From IMG/VR virus record IMGVR_UViG_3300048852_000104, positions 1-48,735 of that record: a DNA stretch of 48,735 nucleotides; one strand, 5' to 3'. Numbering within the stretch: position 1 is the stretch's first letter; every line of letters begins with the position of its first letter. Positions 17,349 to 26,694 of this stretch are shown here, piece after piece. Position numbers and translations under genes: made by a program. A model generated the notes under the pieces. That model was not told the DNA's origin. It did not search any database and saw nothing but the letters and a program-made list of their open reading frames with translations. The stretch comes from a virus (taxonomy: Duplodnaviria > Caudoviricetes).

Positions 17349-17423
17349 CGCAGGCAGGGCAACTGGTAAGCCGCGTGGCTCATAACCACGAAAGACCGGG
17401 TTCGACTCCCGGGCCTGCAACCA
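17349..17423 (+). tRNA. tRNA-Met(CAT), initiator-like, non-canonical
   Basis: Cloverleaf; anticodon arm CGTGG-CTCATAA-CCACG; T arm CCGGG-TTCGACT-CCCGG; encoded CCA; C1-A72 mismatch. Confidence 0.8.
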
Positions 17424-17440
17424 AACCTGAGTAAACCCAG

Positions 17441-17481
17441 AAAAGAAAAGACCGGCCGCCGCTTTTGCAGAGACCGGTTTC
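17441..17481 (-). terminator. terminator of pilin gene
   Basis: ACCGGTC...GGCCGGT hairpin followed by CTTTTCTTTT on minus strand. Confidence 0.55.
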
Positions 17482-17559
17482 TAGTTGGTGCTGAACAAGC
17501 TCGGAAGTCGAGCAGGTTCGCATAGGCATGTAAGGGGTAAGTGTTAAACCCAGGTAAAC

Positions 17560-17742
17560 TCAGTTAGCCAGTGGCTGCGTGTTCATCTTGGTGGAAAGGG
17601 TAGTGAAGGTGTCGTCAATCTCCTGGCCAAGCAGGTTGGCGCCCGTGATCAAAGCAACAGAAATAAGGGCTGCAATAAGACCGTATTCAATTGCGGTTGC
17701 GCCCGACTCATCACGGGCCACCTTGGAAAAAAGCTTCTTCAT
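17560..17742 (-). CDS. flp: Flp/Tad (type IVb/c) pilin
   Basis: RDESG|ATAIEYGLIAALISVALI prepilin/Flp motif; 60 aa; GGAG RBS. Confidence 0.93.
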   Translation of the reverse strand: MKKLFSKVARDESGATAIEYGLIAALISVALITGANLLGQEIDDTFTTLSTKMNTQPLAN

Positions 17743-17890
17743 GTTGTTTCTCCGGCGTTAAAAATGGCTTGTCCGAGTTTTCCCCTCAGATGACACTGGT
17801 TATACGCCGACACGATTTGAAGAATGGCTAAGAAGATCAGTTAATTAGGAATAAATAATAATCGTCAAAATTGATCATGGCACTGAACTC

Positions 17891-17922
17891 GCCCCGCCGC
17901 CGTAACAGGTCGCGGGGCTTTC
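17891..17922 (+). terminator. terminator-like hairpin t3 before late genes
   Basis: GCCCCGC...GCGGGGC-TTTC. Confidence 0.5.
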
Positions 17923-17940
17923 GCTTTGAGGAGAACGCCA

Positions 17941-18111
17941 ATGCACTACCGCTTTGTGGAAGTGGAAGGCGGCGAAGACGACCTTGAGCGGGTAGCCAAC
18001 GAGTGGCGCGCCAAGGGCTACGAGCTGTTCCAGGCCGTCTACAAGACCACCTACCGGTGGGTGCTGATCTTCAAGCGGAACCTGCAGCCGGGGCAAGAGA
18101 TCGGCCTGTGA
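17941..18111 (+). CDS. small DUF4177-like protein
   Basis: YRFV...LE...NE....GYEL...LIFKR; GAGGAG RBS. Confidence 0.65.
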   Translation: MHYRFVEVEGGEDDLERVANEWRAKGYELFQAVYKTTYRWVLIFKRNLQPGQEIGL

Positions 18112-18728
18112 GACCGCGTCCGCCATCCTCTCTCTTCGAGGACATCAACTCTCCGGCGTTCGTACCGGCCGAAGATATGCCGGAGTGGATAGAGGCGACC
18201 TTCCTCGACCCGGCATCGCCTCTCCATAACGAGGAGCACGCCCATCTCGCCCACGCTGAGATCGGCTTCCTCTGGACCATCGTCGAGAACAGGCGCAAGG
18301 GCCGCCGCATCATCGGCCAGTGTGAAGAGGGAAAGCCTCAGGGCGCGATGGGCAAGTGGGCCCGCGCCCGTGCAGAGATGCAGGTGAAACAGTGGTTCGG
18401 CTTCGTCCCGGATTTCATCATCACGCTGGACGCCGAATACTGCCGGTATTGCGGAGACGCTGAGTTCATGGCTCTGGTCGAGCACGAGCTCTATCACGCG
18501 GCGCAAGAGACGGATGCATTCGGAGCTCCGAAGTTCAGCCGGTCAACCGGACGCCCGGTCTTCACGACCCGCGGACACGACGTGGAAGAGTTCGTCGGCG
18601 TCGTTCGTCGGTATGGGGCAGATGCAGCCGGCGTCCGTGCGATCGTCGACGCAGCCAATCGCCCGCCAGAGATAGCCCGGGCTCAAATCGCCCATGCTTG
18701 CGGCACCTGCCAGCTCAGGGTCGCCTAG
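18108..18728 (+). CDS. putative phage metallopeptidase
   Basis: ALVEHELYH (HExxH) and GHDVEEF; GTGA coupling. Confidence 0.8.
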   Translation: MRPRPPSSLFEDINSPAFVPAEDMPEWIEATFLDPASPLHNEEHAHLAHAEIGFLWTIVENRRKGRRIIGQCEEGKPQGAMGKWARARAEMQVKQWFGFVPDFIITLDAEYCRYCGDAEFMALVEHELYHAAQETDAFGAPKFSRSTGRPVFTTRGHDVEEFVGVVRRYGADAAGVRAIVDAANRPPEIARAQIAHACGTCQLRVA

Positions 18729-18752
18729 TCCTGATAAGGTTCTGATAGATCA

Positions 18753-19214
18753 ATGGCCGCCAAGAAGCTCACCAACGAGCAGCAAGCCTTTGCCGTCCAG
18801 AGCCTTGCATGCTTCGACAGCCCGAAAACTGTTGCCGACGCTCTCAGAAAAGAGTTCGGCGTCGACATCACCCCGCAGACGGTGGAGGCGTACGATCCGA
18901 CCAAGCGGGCAGGGGCGAAGCTGGCGCAGAAGTGGCGCCTGCTCTTCGAGGAGACCCGCAAGACCTTCCTCGAAGACACGGCCACGATAGCCATCAGCCA
19001 CCGCGCCGTTCGACTTCGCGCTCTCCAGCGCATGGCAGAGAAGGCGGAGAACCAAGGCAATATGGTGCTCGCTGCGTCTCTAATGGAGCAAGCCGCCAAG
19101 GAAGTAGGGGACAGTTACACGAACCGGCGGCAGATCTCCGGTCCTGATGGCGGTCCTGTAGAGGTGCGAACACTTGCAGACTTCTACAGCAACCCTCAAC
19201 CCGGCACTTCGTAG
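18753..19214 (+). CDS. terS: terminase small subunit (DUF2280-like)
   Basis: LACFDSP..VA, YDPTK, EQAAKEVG..YTN, SGPDGGPV; precedes terL. Confidence 0.85.
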   Translation: MAAKKLTNEQQAFAVQSLACFDSPKTVADALRKEFGVDITPQTVEAYDPTKRAGAKLAQKWRLLFEETRKTFLEDTATIAISHRAVRLRALQRMAEKAENQGNMVLAASLMEQAAKEVGDSYTNRRQISGPDGGPVEVRTLADFYSNPQPGTS

Positions 19215-20550
19215 CTTCTGGCTCACACCTGCCCGCAACCGGGTTCTCTATGGTGGTCGGTCGAGCTCGAAGTCATGGGATGCCGCCGGCTTCGCCATTT
19301 TCCTGGCCACGCAATGCAGGATCCGCGTCCTGTGCGCCCGTCAGTTCCAGAACAAGATCGCCGAATCGGTCTACACCCTTCTGAAGATCCAGATCGGGCG
19401 CTTCGGCTTAGATAACGAGTTCATCATCACCGAGAACTCGATCCGGCATAAGCGCACCGGCTCGGAGTTCATGTTCTATGGCCTCTGGCGCCACATCGAC
19501 GAAATCAAGTCCCTCGAAGGCATCGATATCTGCTGGATCGAGGAGGCGCACAACCTCACCCAGGAGCAATGGGACATCCTTGAGCCGACCCTCCGCAAAG
19601 AGGGATCGCAGTTCTGGATCATCTTCAACCCGCGGCTGACGACGGATTTCGTCTATCGCCGGTTCGTCACCAACACGCCGCCGGACACGATCAAGCGGCA
19701 GATCAACTACAACGAAAACCCGTTCCTCTCCTCGACCATCCTCAAGGTCATCGAGGCGAAGCGGCAGGAAGACGAGGAAGAATACCGCCATATCTACCTG
19801 GGCGAGCCGCTGGAAGACGATGACGCTGTCATCATCAAGCGGTCGTGGATTAGGGCGGCGATCGATGCTCACAAGAAGCTCGGCATACAGCCGGTCGGAT
19901 CCAAGCGCATCGGATTCGACGTCGCCGACAGCGGCGAGGACAAGAACGCAGCGGTCGCTGCGCACGGCTTCCTTGCCACGCATGTCGACGAGTGGAAGGC
20001 GCGCGAGGACGAGCTGCTTAAGTCGGCCGGCCGGGTGCACGCACTGGCCCGAGAGCTTGGCGCCTCGATCGACTATGACAGCATCGGGGTAGGGGCTTTC
20101 GCCGGTGCGCACTTCCAGGCGCTGAACGCGGAGTTCAGCACCCGTATCGACTATTTCAAGTTCAACGCCGGCGGCGCGGTCCTGAACCCAGATCGCCGGA
20201 TAGACCCGAACGACCCAAGGTCTCCGACGAACAAGGACTTCTACGCCAATCTCAAGGCGCAGACGTGGTGGAGCGTATCGCGACGCTTCCGCAACACCTT
20301 CAATGCGGTGGAGAGAGGCGAAGCCTTCGAAGCGGACGATCTCATCGCAATATCGAGCGAGTGCGACCACCTCGATCGCCTCATCGATGAGCTGTCGACC
20401 CCCCGCAAAGACTACGACAATTCGGGCCGGTCGAAGGTTGAAAGCAAGAAGGATCTCGACAAGCGCGACATCCCATCACCGAACCTCGCCGACGCCTTCG
20501 TGATGGCGTTCGCGCCGCGCACCGGCAGCTTCACGCTGTCCAACATCTGA
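19174..20550 (+). CDS. terL: terminase large subunit (PBSX-type)
   Basis: GGRSSSKS Walker A, WIEEA Walker B, FNP, GFDVA..G.D, SPNLADA. Confidence 0.95.
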   Translation: MQTSTATLNPALRSFWLTPARNRVLYGGRSSSKSWDAAGFAIFLATQCRIRVLCARQFQNKIAESVYTLLKIQIGRFGLDNEFIITENSIRHKRTGSEFMFYGLWRHIDEIKSLEGIDICWIEEAHNLTQEQWDILEPTLRKEGSQFWIIFNPRLTTDFVYRRFVTNTPPDTIKRQINYNENPFLSSTILKVIEAKRQEDEEEYRHIYLGEPLEDDDAVIIKRSWIRAAIDAHKKLGIQPVGSKRIGFDVADSGEDKNAAVAAHGFLATHVDEWKAREDELLKSAGRVHALARELGASIDYDSIGVGAFAGAHFQALNAEFSTRIDYFKFNAGGAVLNPDRRIDPNDPRSPTNKDFYANLKAQTWWSVSRRFRNTFNAVERGEAFEADDLIAISSECDHLDRLIDELSTPRKDYDNSGRSKVESKKDLDKRDIPSPNLADAFVMAFAPRTGSFTLSNI

Positions 20551-20557
20551 GGGCTTC

Positions 20558-22384
20558 ATGGGCAACATCTTCGCATTCGTCCGCGACAGCCTGACGAACC
20601 TGGTTTCCAATCTCGGGACCAGCCGGGACAAGGCGGCAGCGACGTTCTACGCCATGCCGATGTTGTCGGACGAGGAGCTGCTCAACGCCTACCGGGGCGC
20701 CTGGCTCCCCAGGAAGATCGTCGACATCCCGGCCTTCGACAGCATCCGTGCCTGGCGCGACTGGCAGGCGAAGAAGCCGCAGATTGAGGCTATCGAAGGG
20801 GAAGAGAAGCGCCTGAACCTCATGGGTAAGCTACTCGAAACCCGCATCAAGGCGCGGCTCTGGGGCGGCGCTGCCATGGTCATCGGTACCGGCGACCAGG
20901 ATCTGACGGCGCCGCTCGATGTCGAGCGCATCGGGAAGGGCGGCCTGAAATACCTCACGGTCATGACCCGTCGCCATCTGACGGCCGGCGAGATCGATCG
21001 CGATCCGGCCTCGGAATGGTATGGCAAGCCGAAGGTCTACCAGTTGAACTCCGCCGAGGGCGCGCAGGTGGAAATCCATCCGTCACGCCTGGTCATCTTC
21101 AACGGCAGCCAGCAGCCGGACGAGGACATCGTCACCACAACCTATGCCGGGTGGGGCGACAGCGTGCTCCTGTCGATCGTCGATGCGATTAAGCAGGCCG
21201 ACGGTACCGCGGCGAACATCGCCAGCCTCGTTTTCGAGGCCAAGGTCAATGTGATCCGCATTCCGGATTTCATGCAGAACCTCGGCAATGCGGAGTACCG
21301 GGCGAAGATCCTTGAGCGCTATACGCTCGCGGCCACGGCGAAGGGCATCAACGGCGACCTCCTCCTCGACAAGGAAGAGGAATACGAGCAGAAGACGGCG
21401 AGCTTCGCCACGCTGCCCGACGTTCTCATGTCGTTCCTGCAGATCGTCTCCGGTGCGGCGGACATTCCGGCAACGCGGCTCCTCGGTCAGTCGCCCGCCG
21501 GCATGAACTCCACCGGCGAAAGCGACCTGCGGAACTATTACGACCGCCTGCAGGCAATGCAGACCGTCGAGATGGCGCCGGCGATGGCGCGCCTCGACGA
21601 GTGCATCATTCGCAGCGCCCTCGGCTCCCGCGATCCGGACATCTACTACGTGTGGGCGCCGCTCTGGGGCATGTCGGAGAAGGAAAAGGCCGACGTCTTC
21701 AAGACGAAGGCCGATGCGGCTCGGCAGTTGGTCGGAACGGGCACAGGGCAGGAGATCATCCCGCGTGAAGCGGTCTCCGACGCGCTGGTCAATACGTTCA
21801 TCGAAGACGGCTCACTTCCTGGTCTCGATGCAGCCATTGAAGAGTACGGCAAGCTCAGCGAGCAGGAGCCCGACGAGGAAGAGGTCGCCGCAGCAGCTGC
21901 TGCCCAGCAGGCGCTACAGACGCCACCAGGGCAGAGGAAGCCAACTGCCGACGCAGCGCCGCGCACGCTCTACGTTCGTCGAGACGTCATCAACCGGTCG
22001 GATATCCTGCGTTGGGCCGAAGGACAGGGCTTCACCGACATCGTCCCGGATCTTCATGTGACGATCGCCTACAGCCGCCAGCCGGTCGATTGGTTCGAGA
22101 TGGGCGAAAGCTGGTCGCCTCGGCTTGAGATCGCCGCAGGCGGCCCGCGCCAGATGGAAGGGCTCGGCGCGGACGGCAAGTACAAGGCCCTGCTCATCAC
22201 CGCGTCCGAGCTCGTCTGGCGTCACCGTGCCATGATCGAGGCCGGCGCATCGTGGGATTGGCCGGAATATCAGCCGCATATCTCCATCCAGATCGGCGGA
22301 GATATCGATCTGTCCAAGGTCGAGCCGTATCGCGGCAAGATCATCCTTGGCCCGGAAATCTTCGAAGAGCTTCGCGAGGACTGA
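20558..22384 (+). CDS. portal protein (DUF1073-like) fused to C-terminal Acb1-like 2H phosphoesterase
   Basis: Follows terL; ADIPATRLLGQSP.G.NSTGE.D..NYYD portal motif; tail has LHVTIAYS and YQPHISI. Confidence 0.88.
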   Translation: MGNIFAFVRDSLTNLVSNLGTSRDKAAATFYAMPMLSDEELLNAYRGAWLPRKIVDIPAFDSIRAWRDWQAKKPQIEAIEGEEKRLNLMGKLLETRIKARLWGGAAMVIGTGDQDLTAPLDVERIGKGGLKYLTVMTRRHLTAGEIDRDPASEWYGKPKVYQLNSAEGAQVEIHPSRLVIFNGSQQPDEDIVTTTYAGWGDSVLLSIVDAIKQADGTAANIASLVFEAKVNVIRIPDFMQNLGNAEYRAKILERYTLAATAKGINGDLLLDKEEEYEQKTASFATLPDVLMSFLQIVSGAADIPATRLLGQSPAGMNSTGESDLRNYYDRLQAMQTVEMAPAMARLDECIIRSALGSRDPDIYYVWAPLWGMSEKEKADVFKTKADAARQLVGTGTGQEIIPREAVSDALVNTFIEDGSLPGLDAAIEEYGKLSEQEPDEEEVAAAAAAQQALQTPPGQRKPTADAAPRTLYVRRDVINRSDILRWAEGQGFTDIVPDLHVTIAYSRQPVDWFEMGESWSPRLEIAAGGPRQMEGLGADGKYKALLITASELVWRHRAMIEAGASWDWPEYQPHISIQIGGDIDLSKVEPYRGKIILGPEIFEELRED

Positions 22385-22388
22385 CGCT

Positions 22389-23534
22389 ATGAAATTCACA
22401 GACCTTGCACCGATCGCGGGCACGCGACGGACCGCCGACGGTTACCTTGTTGCTGACGTTCGCACTGCGCGCACTGGCATCCAGCTTTATGCCGGCCATG
22501 AGGTCGGCAATCCGGAAATGCAGGTGGTAAAGGTCTACCGGCCCGAAGACCAGGTCTTCGACAAGGCCAGCCTCGGCAGCTACGCGCACAAGCCGGTGAC
22601 GAACGACCATCCGGACGAGGCCGTCACCGCCGACAACTGGAAAGCGCTTTCCGTCGGCCAGATCGGCGACGAGGTCGCCCGCGATGGCGAGTTCGTCCGC
22701 ATCCCGCTCATCGTCATGGATGGGGCCACCATTGGCGAAATCGAGGGTGGAAAGCGCGAGCTCTCCGCCGGCTACACCTGCGATCTCGCCTGGGAACCGG
22801 GCACCACGCCCGCGGGCGAGACATACGACGCCATCCAGAAAGATATCCGGATCAACCACGTCGCCATCGTGCAGCGTGGCCGCGCCGGATCAGAAGCTCG
22901 CATCGGCGACGGTGTGAGGTCGTGGGGCGCTGCCCCGTTCACCAGTGATCAGAAACCGAAAGAGGACAAGATCATGACCCTGAAGACGGTTACCGTCGAT
23001 GGCATCCCGGTTGAAGTAACCGACCAGGGTGCCACGGTGATCGGCACGCTCCAGCAGCGCCTTGCCGACGCCAACACCAAGTTCGCCGACGCTGAAAAGG
23101 CACATCAGACGGCTCTGGCCGCCAAGGATGCCGAGCTCGCGAAGAAGGATGCCGAGATCGATGCGCTGAAAGGCAAGATCCTTTCCGACGCCGACCTCGA
23201 CAAGCGCGTCCAGGCCCGTGCCGATCTCATCACCAAGGCGCACACGATCGCCAAGGACGTGAAGACCGAAGGCCTCTCCGATGCGGCCATCCGCAAGGCT
23301 GTCGTTGTCGCCAAGCTCGGCGATGCGGCGATTGCCGACAAGTCGGAAGCCTATGTCGACGCCCGCTTCGACATGCTCGTCGAGGACGCCAACAAGAACG
23401 GCTCCGACCCGTTCCGCACTGCGGTCCAGCAGGGCCTTTCGCAGGTCAACGACGCCGACAAGGGTGTAACCGACGCTTATTCGCAGATGGTCGCCGACAT
23501 GAAGGCCGGCAAGACCTCTGCGGCAGCCAATTAA
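22389..23534 (+). CDS. DUF2213 prohead protease/scaffold
   Basis: ARTGIQ.Y, KPVTNDHP, RELSAGY, INHVAIV.RGRAG; coiled-coil C-terminus. Confidence 0.88.
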   Translation: MKFTDLAPIAGTRRTADGYLVADVRTARTGIQLYAGHEVGNPEMQVVKVYRPEDQVFDKASLGSYAHKPVTNDHPDEAVTADNWKALSVGQIGDEVARDGEFVRIPLIVMDGATIGEIEGGKRELSAGYTCDLAWEPGTTPAGETYDAIQKDIRINHVAIVQRGRAGSEARIGDGVRSWGAAPFTSDQKPKEDKIMTLKTVTVDGIPVEVTDQGATVIGTLQQRLADANTKFADAEKAHQTALAAKDAELAKKDAEIDALKGKILSDADLDKRVQARADLITKAHTIAKDVKTEGLSDAAIRKAVVVAKLGDAAIADKSEAYVDARFDMLVEDANKNGSDPFRTAVQQGLSQVNDADKGVTDAYSQMVADMKAGKTSAAAN

Positions 23535-23546
23535 GGAGGCGCTTCA

Positions 23547-24017
23547 ATGGCTACCTACCAGACCACCTATGGCGCGGCTCCGGCGAAGGGGCTTGCAGGC
23601 CAGATCGCTTCTGAAGAGAAGTGCAACAAGGTCAGCCGCACTGTCGAAACTGCGGCCGGCATCAAGTTCGGCGCACCTGCACAGCGCGGCGCCGGCGATC
23701 ATGGCGTTGCCATCCTGTCCACCGGCGACTTCCTCGGGCTCGCAGTGCTCAATCCCGCGGTCCCGCCGAGCGCCAGCAACCCCGACGCCTATCCGCAGTA
23801 CTTCACCGGCGCCTTCATGACGATGGGCACGATGTACGTCACGGCGGGTGCAACGGTCGCTGCCGGTGACCCGGTCTACTATGTGACCGCAACCGGCCGT
23901 TACACCAACACGGACAACACGGGAGCCAACCCGGCTATCCCCGATGCCTACTTCGAAGAAGCGGGCACCAACGGCGCCATCGTCCAGATTAGCCTTGGCC
24001 TGCGCCATCAGGCGTAA
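23547..24017 (+). CDS. capsid decoration/cement protein
   Basis: Position between scaffold and MCP; G.MYV...V.AGDPVY. Confidence 0.75.
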   Translation: MATYQTTYGAAPAKGLAGQIASEEKCNKVSRTVETAAGIKFGAPAQRGAGDHGVAILSTGDFLGLAVLNPAVPPSASNPDAYPQYFTGAFMTMGTMYVTAGATVAAGDPVYYVTATGRYTNTDNTGANPAIPDAYFEEAGTNGAIVQISLGLRHQA

Positions 24018-24042
24018 CGCCACGCGAAAGGAACCCTGAACC

Positions 24043-25011
24043 ATGAACCAGATCATCCGTCAGGCCTTCGCTGATGCGCAGGCCGCGTTCCCCTTCGTCA
24101 TCGCGCAGGGGCGCAACATCGAAACCCGCATCTACCAGCGGCGTTACCCGACCTTCAACTACGGCGCTCACGTGCCCGTCGTGACGGAAGGCAACGCCTG
24201 GGCGATCGGGACGACGTTCTTCACCGTCGATACCGCAGGCGAGGCGAAATTCCTCTCCGGCGCCGGTACCGACATGCCCTTCAACCAGGCCACGAAGGAC
24301 ATGGCCAGCCATGACTTCGCGATGATCGGCTCCGGCTGGGAGTGGAACCTCGAGGAGGTCAATCAGGCGGCGCTTTACGGCATCGACTTGAACGGCACCA
24401 AAGCCATGTCCGCTTCCGACAAGGTCGAGCGCCTCCTCAACTCGGTTGCCATGGTCGGTTCCACCGAGAAGAACTGGACCGGCTTTGTCAACGACCCGCA
24501 GGTCTCGCGTGTCGACGTTGCCGCGGATGGCACGGGCTCTTCGACCTTCTGGTCGGCGAAGTCGAACGACCAGATCCTTCGGGACATCAACGACCTGATC
24601 TCCAGCGTCCGCGAGAACACGTCGGAGGTCGAATGGGTCGACACTCTCCGGCTGCCGCCGGAAGCGTTCCGCCTCATCGCCACCCGCCGCCTCGGCGAAG
24701 GCGACGGTCTTCTGACCCTCCTGGAATACATCCGCCGCAACAACGTCTACACGGCGGAAACCGGTCAGCAGCTCGACATTCAGCCGCTGCGCGAGCTCGC
24801 CAATGCCTCCCAAGACGGCGGCGGCCGCATGGTCGTGTATCGCCGGGATTCGGAAGTTCTCCGCTTTCACCTGCCGATGCCGCGCCGTGTCCTCCAGCCG
24901 CGCCAGAAGTCCATCATGGGCTTCGAAACCGGCATCATCGCCCGTACCGGCGGTACCGAATGGCGTCTGCCCGGTGCTGCCGCCTACGGCGACGAAATCA
25001 CCGCACCGTAA
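24043..25011 (+). CDS. major capsid protein (DUF2184-like)
   Basis: 322 aa; TG.VN.P, DTLRLPP, RMVVY, ARTGG motifs; position. Confidence 0.88.
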   Translation: MNQIIRQAFADAQAAFPFVIAQGRNIETRIYQRRYPTFNYGAHVPVVTEGNAWAIGTTFFTVDTAGEAKFLSGAGTDMPFNQATKDMASHDFAMIGSGWEWNLEEVNQAALYGIDLNGTKAMSASDKVERLLNSVAMVGSTEKNWTGFVNDPQVSRVDVAADGTGSSTFWSAKSNDQILRDINDLISSVRENTSEVEWVDTLRLPPEAFRLIATRRLGEGDGLLTLLEYIRRNNVYTAETGQQLDIQPLRELANASQDGGGRMVVYRRDSEVLRFHLPMPRRVLQPRQKSIMGFETGIIARTGGTEWRLPGAAAYGDEITAP

Positions 25012-25025
25012 CCGGAGGATCAGCG

Positions 25026-25367
25026 ATGAAAATCACCAACAACAGCAAGGCGCTGCAGGGCGTCCGCTCCAAGGGGCGGGCGGTCTACATCCCGCCGGGT
25101 GAGACCCGCGACGTCGATCTTGAAGGCGTCGATCTCGAAAAGGCCAAGCGCCTTCGCTTCCTCAAGATCGAAGGCGTCTCCAAGGCTGCAAGCAACCAGG
25201 ACGGCGACGGTCCGAAGACGGCACTCGAAGTGCTCGAAATGGCGAAGGACCAGAACGTGCAGTTCATGTCCTTCAAGTCGGCCGCCAAGAAGCTGCTCGG
25301 CGAAAAGACCCCGTCCACCAAGGACGAGATCGTTGCTGCTTTGGAAGAACTGGCAACGCAGCCCTGA
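25026..25367 (+). CDS. head-associated hypothetical protein
   Basis: GGAGG RBS; MKITNNS... Confidence 0.75.
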   Translation: MKITNNSKALQGVRSKGRAVYIPPGETRDVDLEGVDLEKAKRLRFLKIEGVSKAASNQDGDGPKTALEVLEMAKDQNVQFMSFKSAAKKLLGEKTPSTKDEIVAALEELATQP

Positions 25368-25417
25368 CAATCAGCCCGGCGGTTCGCTGCCGGGCGACAC
25401 TTGCATCGGAGATCGAC

Positions 25418-25912
25418 ATGGCTGGATACGGCACGAACGACGGCTTCACGGCTTACGCAACCGAAGCCGGCTATGTCTTTCCCGATGGCACGACCGATGA
25501 ACAGAAAACCGCAGCGCGGCAGCGCGGTTCTCTGGTGATCGATCGGTACGAGCCGCGGTTCAGCGGCCGGAGGACCGGCGGGTACTCTCAGGATCGAGCA
25601 TGGCCGCGCTCTGGAGCCACGACCTATTACGGCGAGGCGATCCCCTTGGACGAAATCCCGGTGGCGATCATCAACGCCTCTTATGAGGCGGCATTCCTCG
25701 AGCTGACGAACCCGGGCGGCCTTTCGCCGGTCGTCACCGGTACGTCGACGGTGAAACGGGAGAAGATTGGACAGCTTGAGGTCGAATATTCAACCTCCAC
25801 TTCAACGGACATCGACGATCTTGTCGCGCTCGCCACGCCCGTTGTGACCACGATCGAGGGGCTGCTCTGGCCGTTCCTGACCCCAGTCTGGCCGGGTGCG
25901 TTGGTGGTGTAG
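25418..25912 (+). CDS. head-tail adaptor (DnaT-like family)
   Basis: F.G.R...Q..AWPR, IP..I..A.YEAA, KREKIG.LEVEY. Confidence 0.8.
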   Translation: MAGYGTNDGFTAYATEAGYVFPDGTTDEQKTAARQRGSLVIDRYEPRFSGRRTGGYSQDRAWPRSGATTYYGEAIPLDEIPVAIINASYEAAFLELTNPGGLSPVVTGTSTVKREKIGQLEVEYSTSTSTDIDDLVALATPVVTTIEGLLWPFLTPVWPGALVV

Positions 25913-25921
25913 CTGTGCCGA

Positions 25922-26083
25922 TCAGAATACGCCCAGTGAGCCGAGCAACGAGACCATTCCGGCGATCAAAATAACGAATTGAGCCCTCTGCTTCATCGTA
26001 GGGTCAATTGGAAGCTTCTGCACGAGATAGAGCACAACCCCGACGAAGAGGATGGTCACGAGGATGCTGATTATGACGGACAT
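25922..26083 (-). CDS. small two-TM membrane protein (Thivi_2564-like), antisense moron
   Basis: IISILVTILFVGVVLYLVQKLPIDP..K..; GAGG RBS. Confidence 0.7.
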   Translation of the reverse strand: MSVIISILVTILFVGVVLYLVQKLPIDPTMKQRAQFVILIAGMVSLLGSLGVF

Positions 26084-26164
26084 GTGCCTCAGATCTTTGA
26101 TCAAAAAGCCTTGCGGCAATGAAGGCGTAAATAAGGCTCAGCTCTCGAAAAGGAAGGGAGAAGG

Positions 26165-26530
26165 ATGGCGAACCTGATCTATGCACGCCTGCAGGCGACG
26201 GCGCAGCGCCTCATCGCCAAGTATGGCCAGACGGGCACGGTAACGCGCATCTCCGAACCCGACCCGATCGAAGGCGGCGACCCAGTGCCGACGCCTTACA
26301 CGGCCAAGCTGGTGCCCATGGCGTACAGCGCCCAAGAGATCGACGGTACCGAAGTCCTGTCCGGCGACATGCAGATTTACATTTCATCGGTCGGCCTCGC
26401 GATCGAGCCCAAACCCGGCGACCTGGTCGCGGCGAGCGGCAAGACGTTCCGGGTGATCAAAGCAGACCCGAACAACTACGACGGCCTGACCAACGTCGTC
26501 TTCATCGTCCAAGGAAGGATCGCATCATGA
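26165..26530 (+). CDS. head closure / neck protein
   Basis: A.RLI.KYG, IDGT.V..GD, P.PGD motifs. Confidence 0.75.
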   Translation: MANLIYARLQATAQRLIAKYGQTGTVTRISEPDPIEGGDPVPTPYTAKLVPMAYSAQEIDGTEVLSGDMQIYISSVGLAIEPKPGDLVAASGKTFRVIKADPNNYDGLTNVVFIVQGRIAS

Positions 26531-26694
26531 AGAAGGTTAAAGTCGAAGTCGCCATGCGGCACGCCGGCAAGAAGGTAGGCGAAACCTATGAGGTGTCCGC
26601 TGTCCAGGCGAAGGCTCTGGAAGGCATCGGCCTTGTGAAGCCGGCCACGCAGGCTGCCGCCAAGGCAATAGAGAAGGCCGCCAAGGCTGACTGA
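26527..26694 (+). CDS. small virion-region protein (55 aa)
   Basis: MKKVKVEV...; coupled at both ends. Confidence 0.65.
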   Translation: MKKVKVEVAMRHAGKKVGETYEVSAVQAKALEGIGLVKPATQAAAKAIEKAAKAD

